In this document: positions 1-10,134 of the stretch, piece by piece
How positions within the stretch are numbered: the stretch's first letter is position 1
Layout of the letters: every line of letters begins with the position of its first letter
From: an uncultured virus (IMG/VR IMGVR_UViG_2061766007_000491)
Lineage: Duplodnaviria > Heunggongvirae > Uroviricota > Caudoviricetes
Length of the DNA stretch: 64,000 bases
Reading direction: 5' to 3' (one strand)
IMG/VR virus record: IMGVR_UViG_2061766007_000491
Translations under genes and position numbers: made by a program
Notes under the pieces: model-generated
The model's database searches: none
Told to the model about the DNA's origin: nothing
Seen by the model: only the letters and a program-made list of their open reading frames with translations

Positions 1-3000
1 TCTAACGCTACGGGGGATGGAAGAGTAGATACGTTTTTGACGGATGTGAACGGTACAGGTAAGTGGGAATGGTACGCAAGAACCAGTTATTGTGGGGTGG
101 GAGGCACGTTTAGTACGTCTGGACACGTTTATGTGACTAGGAGCAGTTCGTCTGGGACTTTGCCAAGTGAATCTAATCCAGTAGTGTTTTATATTGCGGA
201 GTGTAATATATATGACGTAACGAGAGGTAGTTATGGTGCTTTGAGAGCGAGATATGCGGATAGCTCGACCAGTGTGACAGCTACTTCCGACACAACTAAT
301 ACGTTGTATTTGGCTGGTATTAAGTCTGGTGATACCAGCACGTTAAGGTACGATACGAGCATAACGGCTGTGGGTGGCACACTGACGGCGAATGTGGGTA
401 TATTCACCAGTGTCAAAGTGGGTGGTGGTGTGTTATTGAAGTATGCGGATAGTATGCTCAATATCAGGAACAATGCAGATAGTGATTGGGCGAGCGTGAA
501 GGTGGGGAATTTGACTGTGGAAGGTACGATCACTTATATCAATACTCAAGACCTGGATGTGGCTGATAACATTATCACGCTGAACAGTGACGTGACAGGT
601 ACACCGTCTGAGAATGGTGGTATTGAGATCAAGAGAGGTACAAGCACGAATGCGAGTCTGATATGGGACGAAAGCAATGATGTATGGAAGTGTGGTTTGG
701 TTGGCAGTGAAAGCATTATTGTAACGGCTGCGAATTACACGGATTATGTAAAGAATGGTAGCTTGTATCTGCAAGCAAATGGTTCAGGTGTAGCAACATT
801 TACGGCTAACCAGAGTGGGAACACTACGCTGAATATAGGGACAGGTTCAAGCAATGGTACGATTTCAGTAGGCGGTTCCGATGTAGCGGTGAAAGGGTTG
901 GGCAGTAATGCTTATACCAGTATTGCTTACTTGCCTTTAACGGGTGGGACATTATCAGGTATAACGACCTTCCAGAAGGGTATTACGATAGATGTGACAC
1001 AGGGTACATGGGTGAGTGGCATGACCCAGACAGGATGTATCTCGTTTGAGAAAACAGACAGCAGTAATTATTTTCCATATATAAGAGGTTTGTCTAATAC
1101 GAATAATGTATGGAATTGGGGTGGGTATCAGAATCAGATAGGTGTGTATGGGTACTTTGCTGGGAGGACAGATAATAGTTATGACTGGCGAACCTATTGG
1201 GATTTAACAACGGGCAATCTGTATCACTCGAAAGGTTTGCAGGTTTCAGGTGTAGCTACATTCAGTAGTAATGTTGGAGTGACCAGTGCATTGACGGTGG
1301 GGACTACGTTGAGTGTGACAGGTGCAACTACATTGACAGGGAACCTCGCAGCGAACGGTATATCTACGATAGCGGACTTGTATGCGACTAAGCTGACGTT
1401 ACCGAGTGCGACACTGATAGCGACACCTGTTCAGGGTAGAATTGAGAATGATGGTGTGTATCTGTATTACACAGATGATGCACAGGTAAGGCATAAGTTG
1501 GGGTATTCAGAGGCACAGGAAAGCGATTCTACAGCGTTATGGGAGGAATTAGAGGGGTTGAATCACCGTGCAATGGGTGAACGTATTGAAGGGACGTTAC
1601 CTGCTACAGTGGGATGGTATAGAATAGCGACTTTACAGAATAGATCGAGTGCAAACGGTGTATTCAGAGTGAGCGATCAGACAGGTGGGAATGAGGTGTT
1701 GTTTACAGCTAGTGTGGGTGCTGGGTCTTATGGAAGTCTGACACAATTAGGATGTAGTGGTGTTACGAATATAAGCAAGGCTAGAATTGCTTATAGTGGT
1801 GCGTATGCGTTTTTGGAAGTTTATAATAATACTGCAACGGCTAAGGTGATTAGTGTGGAAGCAGTAGCACAGGTGGGTTGGAAGCTGACCAGCGGAATCA
1901 AAGGCGGTGCGCCAACCAGTTATAACGTGGTGGAGTTGACTTTCCATAGTAATGCTGTAGTGGCTAATTATTTCTATGGGGATGGTAGTAATTTAACGAA
2001 CATAAGCAGTGGTTCGTTTAGTGGCATTCTGGGGGCTACACACGGAGGTACGGGGCTAGGCAGTGTGTCTAAGGGAGATTTGCTGTATGGGAGTGCGACT
2101 GATACTTGGGACAGGCTGGGTATAGGCTCGAATGGGTATATCTTAAAGAGTGATGGGACTAAGCCCGTATGGAGTCCTGACATTTATGTGAAACTGGCTG
2201 GCAGTACATGGACAGGTGTAATGACAGCTTTGGGGAGCCAGTACACCGATAGCAGGTCGGGTGCGCTGAACATGAACAACAGCAATATCTACGGTGTGAA
2301 CAGCGTGATATTTGCTGATAAATGTGATAACGCAGCGGAGGGATTGCAATGGTATAGAGGTACGGATACGGTAGATAGTGTCTGGGTGAAGGACGGTGTG
2401 ATGTATATAACACCGAATAGAACTCTGGGAACTACGACAGCAACCGATTATGTGTTCCTGACTAGCGGGAACTATACGGATTATGTAAAGGATGGAACAC
2501 TGCATTTACAGGCAAGTGGAACTGATGTAACGACTTTTACAGCGAATCAGACGGGTGCATCTACGTTTAACATAGCAACGGGTAGCACCAAAGGTACGAT
2601 TTCAGTAGGTGGAACTGATGTGGCAGTGAAGGGTTTAGGCAGTAATGCGTATTCTAGTACGTCTTATTTACCTATCGCTGGTGGTTCCATGACAGGTGTA
2701 GTGACTGTGGGAGGGGCTGCATATATCGCAGGTACAGGTGGAAATGCTTTATTAGGGTATCATCCGACTAGCTGGACAGGGGTGACTAATGCGCAATGGG
2801 CGGTTGGTACAGTGGATTCACAGGGTATTATAAGGTCAAGTAATTCTGATCTGATACACTATAAGAACGGTGTGGGGTCTTATGTGATTCTGGACACGTC
2901 TAATTGGACAGATACCATTACAATGACCACGTTAGGTATAGCGACTTGGGCGCAAGCAGCATCTAAGCCGACATACACATTGGATGAGGTATCAGATGGA

Positions 3001-6000
3001 ACCACAAGGAAGCTGGCTGATTACATAAATAAGGACGGGTCTGTATCTTTTACAGCACCGTGGGGGACTTGGGGGTCTAATTATAGGGGGATATATAGGG
3101 ACTTGGTAAGATATGGCAATTCATCTTCCAGTGTAACAGGTACATTATTGATTAAGACAGGGGCGAATACGTCTAGTATGCAGATAGTGCGTATTATGCT
3201 TTATAACTATGTCACTAATAAATCTGGGGAGATTTTAGTAAGTGGATACTCATCTACGTCTAGTAATAAATGGACTAATGCTACAGTATATAAGTCAACG
3301 GATAACATACCTGCTGTGAGGTTACTGAAGGGGACGGTAGGGGATGTAGATGGGTTTTATATTGGTATTGGAAACACGGATACTTCTTGGGCATACCTTT
3401 ATGTAGTTGTATCGGAGGTGGTGGCATCTTATTATGTCAGTTCTGCGTTTAGGACAGGTTGGACAATCCAACTTGTTACGGAAGAGCCAACTTGGACAAA
3501 TACACTTACTCCAACACCGAATGCTGGGTTAAATGCGGATACAGTGGATGGGGCGCACGTTGGAGTCAATTCAGGTAACATCGCAGTGCTGGGTTCAGGT
3601 GGGGTGTTTGCGACTTCGGTGTTGCCAGTGGTTACAGTGGCAAAGGGCGGTTTTGGTACAAGTAGTTTGTTAGAAGGTGTGGTGATTGGTATAACAGGCA
3701 GTGGATATACCAGCAAGACAGCAACAGGAAGCACGGTACAATACTTAGCTTGGAATGGCAGCAGCTATGGGTTTACTACGATAGCAAGCTCGGATTTACC
3801 AGCGATCAATACGTTACCTAGTGGGAGTACAAACGCAGGGTATGTGCTTGTGGTGGGGTCAGCCAGTTCTTATGCACCTACATGGGCAGAGAAAGCACCA
3901 AAGGCTACGGATGCGAATAATGCAAGTAATGTGTATGTAACTAATGATACAACTAATACATTGTATCTATTAGCTGTTACAGGGACTACAGCAGGGAATA
4001 AGCCTGTGTATGCTGATTCCAGTATATCTATAAAGGGTGGAACTATTACAGCAACTACGTTTAGTGGGAATGCGAGTACAGCGAGTGCATGGAAGAATGG
4101 AAGGACTATAACGCTAACAGGTGGTGTGACTGGTACAAGTGCTTCTTGGACAGGTTCGGGTAATTTATCTATAACTACTACCTTGAGTAGCCACCAACAC
4201 GCAGTAGGTGATATAACAGGTATTTTACCTATAGCGAATGGCGGTACAGGCTCAAGTAGTGCAACAGCTTATAGAGTTTTAGCGGTCAACAGTGATGCGT
4301 CTGCATATACAACTCTTGGAGTTGGTACAAGTAATTATGTGTTAGTGGGTAACGGGGCAAGCTCTTTACCGACTTGGGCAGAGAAGGCTCCGAAAGCGAC
4401 AGATGCGGATAATGCAAGTAAAGTGTCTGTGATGGGTTTAGCTACTAATGGGACGGTTGCCTATTATTTGACGGGGGTTCAGACGCATTCAACGAGTGCG
4501 GACAATAGATCATTGATTTCTACTAAGAATGTGACTATTACGGGTGCAGGGTCAGTGAGCATGGTGAATCTGAATGCTACGGGTATAGTGACACTTTCGG
4601 GTGTGACAACAGTAGCAGGTATTGTGAAGATAAGTTCCGCTGGTAAGTTATCGGCTGGGGCGATTGATTTAGCGAACGAGGTAAGCGGTACATTGCCTGT
4701 GGGGAATTTGCCGACTGGAACAGGGTCAACGCAGGTAGCATTAGGAGATCATACACATAGTGCGTATATCAATAAGGATGGGTCGGTGGCATTTACTAAT
4801 CCCTGGTACTATAGGGATATAAACAGTTCGTCATCGTATTACAGAGGAACATATTATTGTTTAGCACAGTATGGGCCTAGTGCGTCATCCACGACAGGCA
4901 CATTGATAATTAAGATGGGGACATCCCTTTATGCGGTAAGACGTTTATTTAAGGTAATGATACTGGATGCGGAATCTGATAAATCAGGGGAGATACTGAT
5001 TTCAGGGTATTCATCAGGGTCAGACTGGTATTATTATACAGTACATAAGTCATCTGAGAACTTGCCTGATGTGCGGTTGGTATATGGTACATTGAATAAT
5101 GTGACTGCATATTATGTGGCAATAGGTACACCGTCAACGACATGGAAGTATTTGTATGTATCGGTGGTTTCTGCGTTACTAGGTGAGACAGTGGTTTCAA
5201 CTGAAAGGACAGGCTGGGAAATATCATTAACATCTACAGAGCCAGATTGGATAGCGACTAAGACACCAAACGTAACGATAGGAGTGCCACAGCCAGCATC
5301 TACGGATACAGATAAGTATTTGAAATATACATCCAGTGGACTGACATGGGCAACAGTGAGTGGTGGAACAGGGGCGAGTTCATTAGCTGGGTTGGATGAT
5401 GTGACTATTACATCGGCTGCGAAAGGTAATTTGCTATGGCATAATGGCTCTGGATGGGCGAATGTGGCTGGGCCAAGCACCAGTGGCTATGTATTGGCTG
5501 AGACAGTGTCAAGCGGTGCGGTGACAGCTTTAACTTGGGTGAATCCGAACCTAGTAGGTGTGGCTACTAGGGCTACAAATAATAGTACAAAGAATTATCT
5601 AATAGGTATTCAGACGTATAGCTCGGCAGGTAATAGAAGTGCGTATGTTAGCTATGGTGGGTATCAGTATTTCCAGGGGAATGGTGTTTTTTGTACGAAG
5701 TCCCTAGTTGTTAGTGATTACAGCACTACGCTGGGTGTGGTTTATAATAATACATTAGGTATAGTAACTACTCTGACGGGTGGAACGGCTGGACAGGTGT
5801 TGCGAGTGGATAGTGATGGAACAGGGTTGGAATGGGCTACTATTAGTAGTGGGTCAACTACTTTATCAGGATTGACGGATACGTCTATAAGTAGCCCAGG
5901 TGCTTATGCTTTGCTGTATTACGATAGCACTTCAAGTAAATGGACGAATCTAGCAGCACCAACAGACGGTAAGTATTTGAAGTATGTGACAGGGACAGGA

Positions 6001-6942
6001 TTGACATGGGCATCCGTGAGTGGTGGAGGTGGTGGTGCTACACAGTTAAGTGAGTTGGATGATGTTGGTTTAGGAACAGCGGTACTCAAAGGAGACATTC
6101 TCTGGTTTGGAGGTGAGAAGTGGAATAATTTTGCTGGAATATCATCTAACTCGACTTATATATTGAGTCAGACTAAGACCTCTTCTGGTGGGGTGACTAT
6201 GGCATGGACGCAGATAGCACCACAGGCTTCACAGGTGAGGCTTACGGGTGTAACTACTACTAATACAACTAAGTATTATTTGACTGGAAATTCTGGGGTA
6301 AACACTGCATCTACTTACGAAAGAAGTTTATATACACCTCTGGCGACAGCAACTACTAGCCCATATTTTACACCTGCTGGCGAGGTAGGGTTTAACTCGT
6401 TAAAGCTGAATGGAAATGCTGGTACGGCTGGACAGGTGTTGATGGTGAATAGTGATGCGTCAGGTGTAATATGGGGAACTCCTAGCGGTGGTGGAAGCGG
6501 TGTTCATGTTCAGCATTTTGACTGGTATGCTTCTACTAATGCGACAGTTACGTCTGAGTGGTTGGATAATAATTATGATGATATAAGTGTTAGTGTCAGT
6601 GTTGGAACAGGTACATCTAACTTAACAGGTACATTTAATTTATGTTTACCTAATTTGTCAACAGTGAGTGATGGGGCTAGGATAAACATAATGCTTTATT
6701 TTAGTACACCAGCTAGTCCGACATACAATCTTAGTTTCTATATAAAGGATTATAATGCTTTGAATACTTCTGTGATAGGTGATTTGGGGGCTATTTTTGA
6801 TAGAGCAGCTAATACGAACCCTATTGTTATGTTTATGTGTGTTGCACATACTTATTCTGGAAATAAGAAGTGGTTTGTAAAGAATATAACTAGGAACTGG
6901 TGTCAGAATGATACGTTGATTTATTCAGATGATAACGTATAG
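1..6942 (+). CDS. Giant tail fibre / receptor-binding protein (5'-truncated, >2300 aa)
   Basis: Frame open back to base 1. Gly/Ser/Thr-rich with fibre-type motifs (ADNIITLN..GGIEIKRG, LPIANGGTG, L..LDDV.I) and several internal duplications. Confidence 0.85.
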   Translation, partial: SNATGDGRVDTFLTDVNGTGKWEWYARTSYCGVGGTFSTSGHVYVTRSSSSGTLPSESNPVVFYIAECNIYDVTRGSYGALRARYADSSTSVTATSDTTNTLYLAGIKSGDTSTLRYDTSITAVGGTLTANVGIFTSVKVGGGVLLKYADSMLNIRNNADSDWASVKVGNLTVEGTITYINTQDLDVADNIITLNSDVTGTPSENGGIEIKRGTSTNASLIWDESNDVWKCGLVGSESIIVTAANYTDYVKNGSLYLQANGSGVATFTANQSGNTTLNIGTGSSNGTISVGGSDVAVKGLGSNAYTSIAYLPLTGGTLSGITTFQKGITIDVTQGTWVSGMTQTGCISFEKTDSSNYFPYIRGLSNTNNVWNWGGYQNQIGVYGYFAGRTDNSYDWRTYWDLTTGNLYHSKGLQVSGVATFSSNVGVTSALTVGTTLSVTGATTLTGNLAANGISTIADLYATKLTLPSATLIATPVQGRIENDGVYLYYTDDAQVRHKLGYSEAQESDSTALWEELEGLNHRAMGERIEGTLPATVGWYRIATLQNRSSANGVFRVSDQTGGNEVLFTASVGAGSYGSLTQLGCSGVTNISKARIAYSGAYAFLEVYNNTATAKVISVEAVAQVGWKLTSGIKGGAPTSYNVVELTFHSNAVVANYFYGDGSNLTNISSGSFSGILGATHGGTGLGSVSKGDLLYGSATDTWDRLGIGSNGYILKSDGTKPVWSPDIYVKLAGSTWTGVMTALGSQYTDSRSGALNMNNSNIYGVNSVIFADKCDNAAEGLQWYRGTDTVDSVWVKDGVMYITPNRTLGTTTATDYVFLTSGNYTDYVKDGTLHLQASGTDVTTFTANQTGASTFNIATGSTKGTISVGGTDVAVKGLGSNAYSSTSYLPIAGGSMTGVVTVGGAAYIAGTGGNALLGYHPTSWTGVTNAQWAVGTVDSQGIIRSSNSDLIHYKNGVGSYVILDTSNWTDTITMTTLGIATWAQAASKPTYTLDEVSDGTTRKLADYINKDGSVSFTAPWGTWGSNYRGIYRDLVRYGNSSSSVTGTLLIKTGANTSSMQIVRIMLYNYVTNKSGEILVSGYSSTSSNKWTNATVYKSTDNIPAVRLLKGTVGDVDGFYIGIGNTDTSWAYLYVVVSEVVASYYVSSAFRTGWTIQLVTEEPTWTNTLTPTPNAGLNADTVDGAHVGVNSGNIAVLGSGGVFATSVLPVVTVAKGGFGTSSLLEGVVIGITGSGYTSKTATGSTVQYLAWNGSSYGFTTIASSDLPAINTLPSGSTNAGYVLVVGSASSYAPTWAEKAPKATDANNASNVYVTNDTTNTLYLLAVTGTTAGNKPVYADSSISIKGGTITATTFSGNASTASAWKNGRTITLTGGVTGTSASWTGSGNLSITTTLSSHQHAVGDITGILPIANGGTGSSSATAYRVLAVNSDASAYTTLGVGTSNYVLVGNGASSLPTWAEKAPKATDADNASKVSVMGLATNGTVAYYLTGVQTHSTSADNRSLISTKNVTITGAGSVSMVNLNATGIVTLSGVTTVAGIVKISSAGKLSAGAIDLANEVSGTLPVGNLPTGTGSTQVALGDHTHSAYINKDGSVAFTNPWYYRDINSSSSYYRGTYYCLAQYGPSASSTTGTLIIKMGTSLYAVRRLFKVMILDAESDKSGEILISGYSSGSDWYYYTVHKSSENLPDVRLVYGTLNNVTAYYVAIGTPSTTWKYLYVSVVSALLGETVVSTERTGWEISLTSTEPDWIATKTPNVTIGVPQPASTDTDKYLKYTSSGLTWATVSGGTGASSLAGLDDVTITSAAKGNLLWHNGSGWANVAGPSTSGYVLAETVSSGAVTALTWVNPNLVGVATRATNNSTKNYLIGIQTYSSAGNRSAYVSYGGYQYFQGNGVFCTKSLVVSDYSTTLGVVYNNTLGIVTTLTGGTAGQVLRVDSDGTGLEWATISSGSTTLSGLTDTSISSPGAYALLYYDSTSSKWTNLAAPTDGKYLKYVTGTGLTWASVSGGGGGATQLSELDDVGLGTAVLKGDILWFGGEKWNNFAGISSNSTYILSQTKTSSGGVTMAWTQIAPQASQVRLTGVTTTNTTKYYLTGNSGVNTASTYERSLYTPLATATTSPYFTPAGEVGFNSLKLNGNAGTAGQVLMVNSDASGVIWGTPSGGGSGVHVQHFDWYASTNATVTSEWLDNNYDDISVSVSVGTGTSNLTGTFNLCLPNLSTVSDGARINIMLYFSTPASPTYNLSFYIKDYNALNTSVIGDLGAIFDRAANTNPIVMFMCVAHTYSGNKKWFVKNITRNWCQNDTLIYSDDNV

Positions 6943-6958
6943 TTAAAAGGAAAAATAT

Positions 6959-7987
6959 ATGTTAAGACGATTATTGGTTAGAGGACATTGTGATGCGTAT
7001 AGTGGTTATGGTCAGCTATTCCTGAACATGGTTCGGGGATTGCGTGATTATGGCTACGATCTGGTAGTACGACCCACTGCCATAGATGAGAAGTATGCGC
7101 CTTACCCAGAGGATGTAAAGCGGTTGTTATGGGACAGGGAACCGATGATACAGCGAGAGCTATTCATACACTTGCCCAGAGCGTTATATCCGAATAGGAA
7201 GGTGGTTCTCTGGTACACGATGTGGGAGAGTACACGGCTGCAATCACAGTGGGTAGAGTACATAGACAGTGCTAATGCTGTGATTGTACCTAGCACTTAT
7301 AATGCTAATGTGTTTAGTGCGAATGGAATACACACACCTATATATAAGATTCCATTGTTTATAGATGATGTGTATGAGTATAGGGAATATCCAAAGCGTA
7401 AAAAGTTTATCTTTGGAGCAGGTGGACGCACTACATACGGTGGGTGTAGGAAAGGTTTAGGGCGGTTGATGGAGCTATTCACTAAGGCGTTTCCCGATGA
7501 AAAGGATGTTGAGCTACAGATCAAGACGTTACCTGATACACAGCTACAGGAGCCAGAGGATAAGCGCATACATATAATACGGGACTATTACACGGAACCG
7601 CAGATGTTAGATTGGTACAAGAACCTGAATGCTTTTGTGTCTATCAGTACGTCAGAGGGTTGGGGATTCATGCAACACCAAGCTATGAAGGTGGGGCGAC
7701 CGCTGATTAGTACAAACTATGCAGGTGTATCTGAGTATTTTGATGACACTTGTGGTTTAGCTCTGGATTATGAGTTTGAACAGGCGACCGATATATACAA
7801 GGATATGGGTATATGGGCAGTGCCTACAGAGGAGAGTATTATCCGTTGTATGCGTATTCTGTACGGTAACAGAGAGCTTGCTAAGGTGATGGGTCAGAAT
7901 GCCAGCGAAAGAGTGTCACAGTTTACCAGAGAACGAACGATTACGGCATTGTCTAAGCTGATACAGAAGTACGATGTAGCCCGATGA
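6959..7987 (+). CDS. Glycosyltransferase, GT-B fold (GT4-like)
   Basis: SGYG N-terminal motif, TMWES, VIVPS, RKG, EGWG..QAM..G.PLISTN.AG. Confidence 0.85.
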   Translation: MLRRLLVRGHCDAYSGYGQLFLNMVRGLRDYGYDLVVRPTAIDEKYAPYPEDVKRLLWDREPMIQRELFIHLPRALYPNRKVVLWYTMWESTRLQSQWVEYIDSANAVIVPSTYNANVFSANGIHTPIYKIPLFIDDVYEYREYPKRKKFIFGAGGRTTYGGCRKGLGRLMELFTKAFPDEKDVELQIKTLPDTQLQEPEDKRIHIIRDYYTEPQMLDWYKNLNAFVSISTSEGWGFMQHQAMKVGRPLISTNYAGVSEYFDDTCGLALDYEFEQATDIYKDMGIWAVPTEESIIRCMRILYGNRELAKVMGQNASERVSQFTRERTITALSKLIQKYDVAR

Positions 7988-8682
7988 AGTGTATTTGCAT
8001 ACCAGTCCGAGAGCGGTTTAGCTTGTTAGTACAGCTAGTGGAGAGTTTAGAACCTCTACAGCGGAAGGGATGGACGGTTGTATTATGTATTGAGCCAGGT
8101 AGTGAGTTGATAAATAGGGTGTATGGTAAAAGGAACCCTGTTTATACACTGTTTAACACAGCGATATATGGTATAGGGTGGAACCATTACAGGGTGTTGG
8201 TGTATGCGTTTAACCAGTTACAGGCGGATATAGCTATGGTAATAGACGCAGATACGAAGCTGTTACCCGATGCGGTGAACCTAGCAGAATGGTTTTATCC
8301 CAGACGGAATGATTATCTGGGACTGAGTATGTTATCCCCGAAGCTGGAAGATTCTTACCCACACCATGATGGGGCTTTAGTGGAGTGTGGTTTCTCGTCA
8401 AGATTCCAGTTGACATTATCCAGAGAGATATGGTATAAATACATTCAGCCCGTATGGATGCGGAAGGGTTATTGGGATGAGGACTTTAGCGATGTGGTTA
8501 GACGCACAGGATTAAAGGTTGTGCATCCTGAAAAATCCCGACTGAGGTTGTACGGTCAAACGAATAGCAGGGTACTCAATGCTGAGGAACATGAGCGGAT
8601 AGAAGAGAGGCTTGTCTGCTTCGAGGGGGATTCTGTTCGTGGGTACTATATGAAAGACCCTGTTATAGTGGAAAGAAGATAG
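7984..8682 (+). CDS. Putative GT-A fold glycosyltransferase
   Basis: N-terminal ICIPV..R strand, DAD (DxD) motif, WD near the C-terminal third; adjacent to a GT4 gene. Confidence 0.55.
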   Translation: MKCICIPVRERFSLLVQLVESLEPLQRKGWTVVLCIEPGSELINRVYGKRNPVYTLFNTAIYGIGWNHYRVLVYAFNQLQADIAMVIDADTKLLPDAVNLAEWFYPRRNDYLGLSMLSPKLEDSYPHHDGALVECGFSSRFQLTLSREIWYKYIQPVWMRKGYWDEDFSDVVRRTGLKVVHPEKSRLRLYGQTNSRVLNAEEHERIEERLVCFEGDSVRGYYMKDPVIVERR

Positions 8683-8684
8683 CT

Positions 8685-9146
8685 ATGGAATTAAAGTTAA
8701 AACGGAATCAAGTGTATGCCATGCACGGTGCATTGACTTCACTGGATAGAGTGGATAACCCAAACAGTGATAAGAAGGATAAGATCAGTTTCAGTACGAA
8801 CACGACTTATGCCCTCTATAAGAACCTGAAACGTGTGACAGAGAAGTTCGAGGAGTACGAGAAAATCCGTAACTCTATTGTGCGCAAATACCTGAAAGAC
8901 GGTGAGACTTCTCTGGACAAAGAAGCGGGCGAGAAAGCCACTAAGGAATGGAATGAGTTTGCGGAAGCAGAGGATTCCATTGAACTTTTTAAGATCAAAT
9001 TCAGCGATTTACAGGTTGAAAAGAACAAGATTCCTCTGAGTGTTCTGGTCAACCTGGGGGACATTATCATTGACGATAATGACCTCGAAAGTCAGTTGTA
9101 TGCTGACGAGCGTAAGACCACTGGTGAAGTGGGTCAAGAGGATTAG
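8685..9146 (+). CDS. Hypothetical helical protein (possible tail-fibre chaperone)
   Basis: Intact charged helical ORF downstream of the tail fibre, followed by a terminator. Confidence 0.6.
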   Translation: MELKLKRNQVYAMHGALTSLDRVDNPNSDKKDKISFSTNTTYALYKNLKRVTEKFEEYEKIRNSIVRKYLKDGETSLDKEAGEKATKEWNEFAEAEDSIELFKIKFSDLQVEKNKIPLSVLVNLGDIIIDDNDLESQLYADERKTTGEVGQED

Positions 9147-9159
9147 TCATAATGGTTGG

Positions 9160-9192
9160 AAGGTGGTGGGCGAGAGTTCACCACCTTTTTTT
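9160..9192 (+). terminator. Rho-independent terminator
   Basis: AAGGTGGTGGGC-GAGA-GTTCACCACCTT followed by a T run. Confidence 0.8.
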
Positions 9193-9198
9193 AGTGCT

Positions 9199-10134
9199 AT
9201 GGTTAAAACGGTTATATGTGTGTTAGTGTTCCTATCCTGTGCTGGATGTAATAGTTATACGTTCAAGAGCAGTAGGTTGGCTAAGGTTGAGTCTCAATTA
9301 GAAGAGACACAGAGACAAGTAACAGAGAAACAACGCCAGTACACGACAGCGACAGTGGATGCTTTGACCGCTCCTGGGACACCATACACGAATGCTAACG
9401 TGATAGTGGCTACTGAGTATGCGAAGGGTGCGCAGAGCCTCGCTGGTATGCCGAATGAAAGGCTGGACGTGGTTTCAGCTATTGAACAGGTGCGTGAAAA
9501 AGTGGACACTATAGACCAGAACACTACGAACCTACAGGCAGAGGTCAATAAGGTTTGGCTGGCTATAACGAATGGCAGTGTGGGCAGTATGAAAAAGGAT
9601 ATAGCCGATGCCAGTACGTTATTGAAAAAGGTGGAAGAGCTAGAGGTGAAAGTGCAGAAAGCTGAGGATGCTTTGGTCTCTAAGGCTGCGTATGAGGAGA
9701 AGCAGGGTGTTAAGCGGTTTTGGCAGAAAACGGGCTTCTGGACGAAAATAGGCATTATAGCGGGCGGTATTATAGCCTTGTGTGTGTTTGTACCAGCGGT
9801 GATTCCTGTGTTGGGTTCTCTGCTGGGCTGGTTGATCGGTAAGATACCGACTCTGGTTAGCTTTGTGGGTGTAGTGGGTAAAAATACTTTTGATGCAGTT
9901 GTCGAAGGTGTAGGCAATGCGAAAAAAGCAGTTAAGAACACCTCTGTGGGCAGTGTGGTTACTGAGGAGAAAGAGACCTATACACGGGCTGAGGTGGATG
10001 TGATGCTGGAAAACATGAAGAGTAAAATAGAAAGTATATATGCGAATAACCTGCGGAATACGACTTCCGATGCGGATAAGGCAGTGATCGCTAGTAGAAA
10101 ATTGCAGGTAGTGGATAGAGGAGTGACAGAGTAA
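9199..10134 (+). CDS. Lipoprotein with coiled coil and C-proximal TM segment (possible spanin/lysis protein)
   Basis: ATG 9199 just after the terminator gives MVKTVICVLVFLSCAG-C lipobox, then heptad-rich region and hydrophobic IGIIAGGIIALCVFVPAVIPVLGSLLGWLIG. Confidence 0.65.
   Translation: MVKTVICVLVFLSCAGCNSYTFKSSRLAKVESQLEETQRQVTEKQRQYTTATVDALTAPGTPYTNANVIVATEYAKGAQSLAGMPNERLDVVSAIEQVREKVDTIDQNTTNLQAEVNKVWLAITNGSVGSMKKDIADASTLLKKVEELEVKVQKAEDALVSKAAYEEKQGVKRFWQKTGFWTKIGIIAGGIIALCVFVPAVIPVLGSLLGWLIGKIPTLVSFVGVVGKNTFDAVVEGVGNAKKAVKNTSVGSVVTEEKETYTRAEVDVMLENMKSKIESIYANNLRNTTSDADKAVIASRKLQVVDRGVTE

Noticed and set aside
9040..9198. Upstream extension of the 364-aa ORF
   Set aside because: Overlaps the previous gene and a terminator; the signal peptide starts at ATG 9199.
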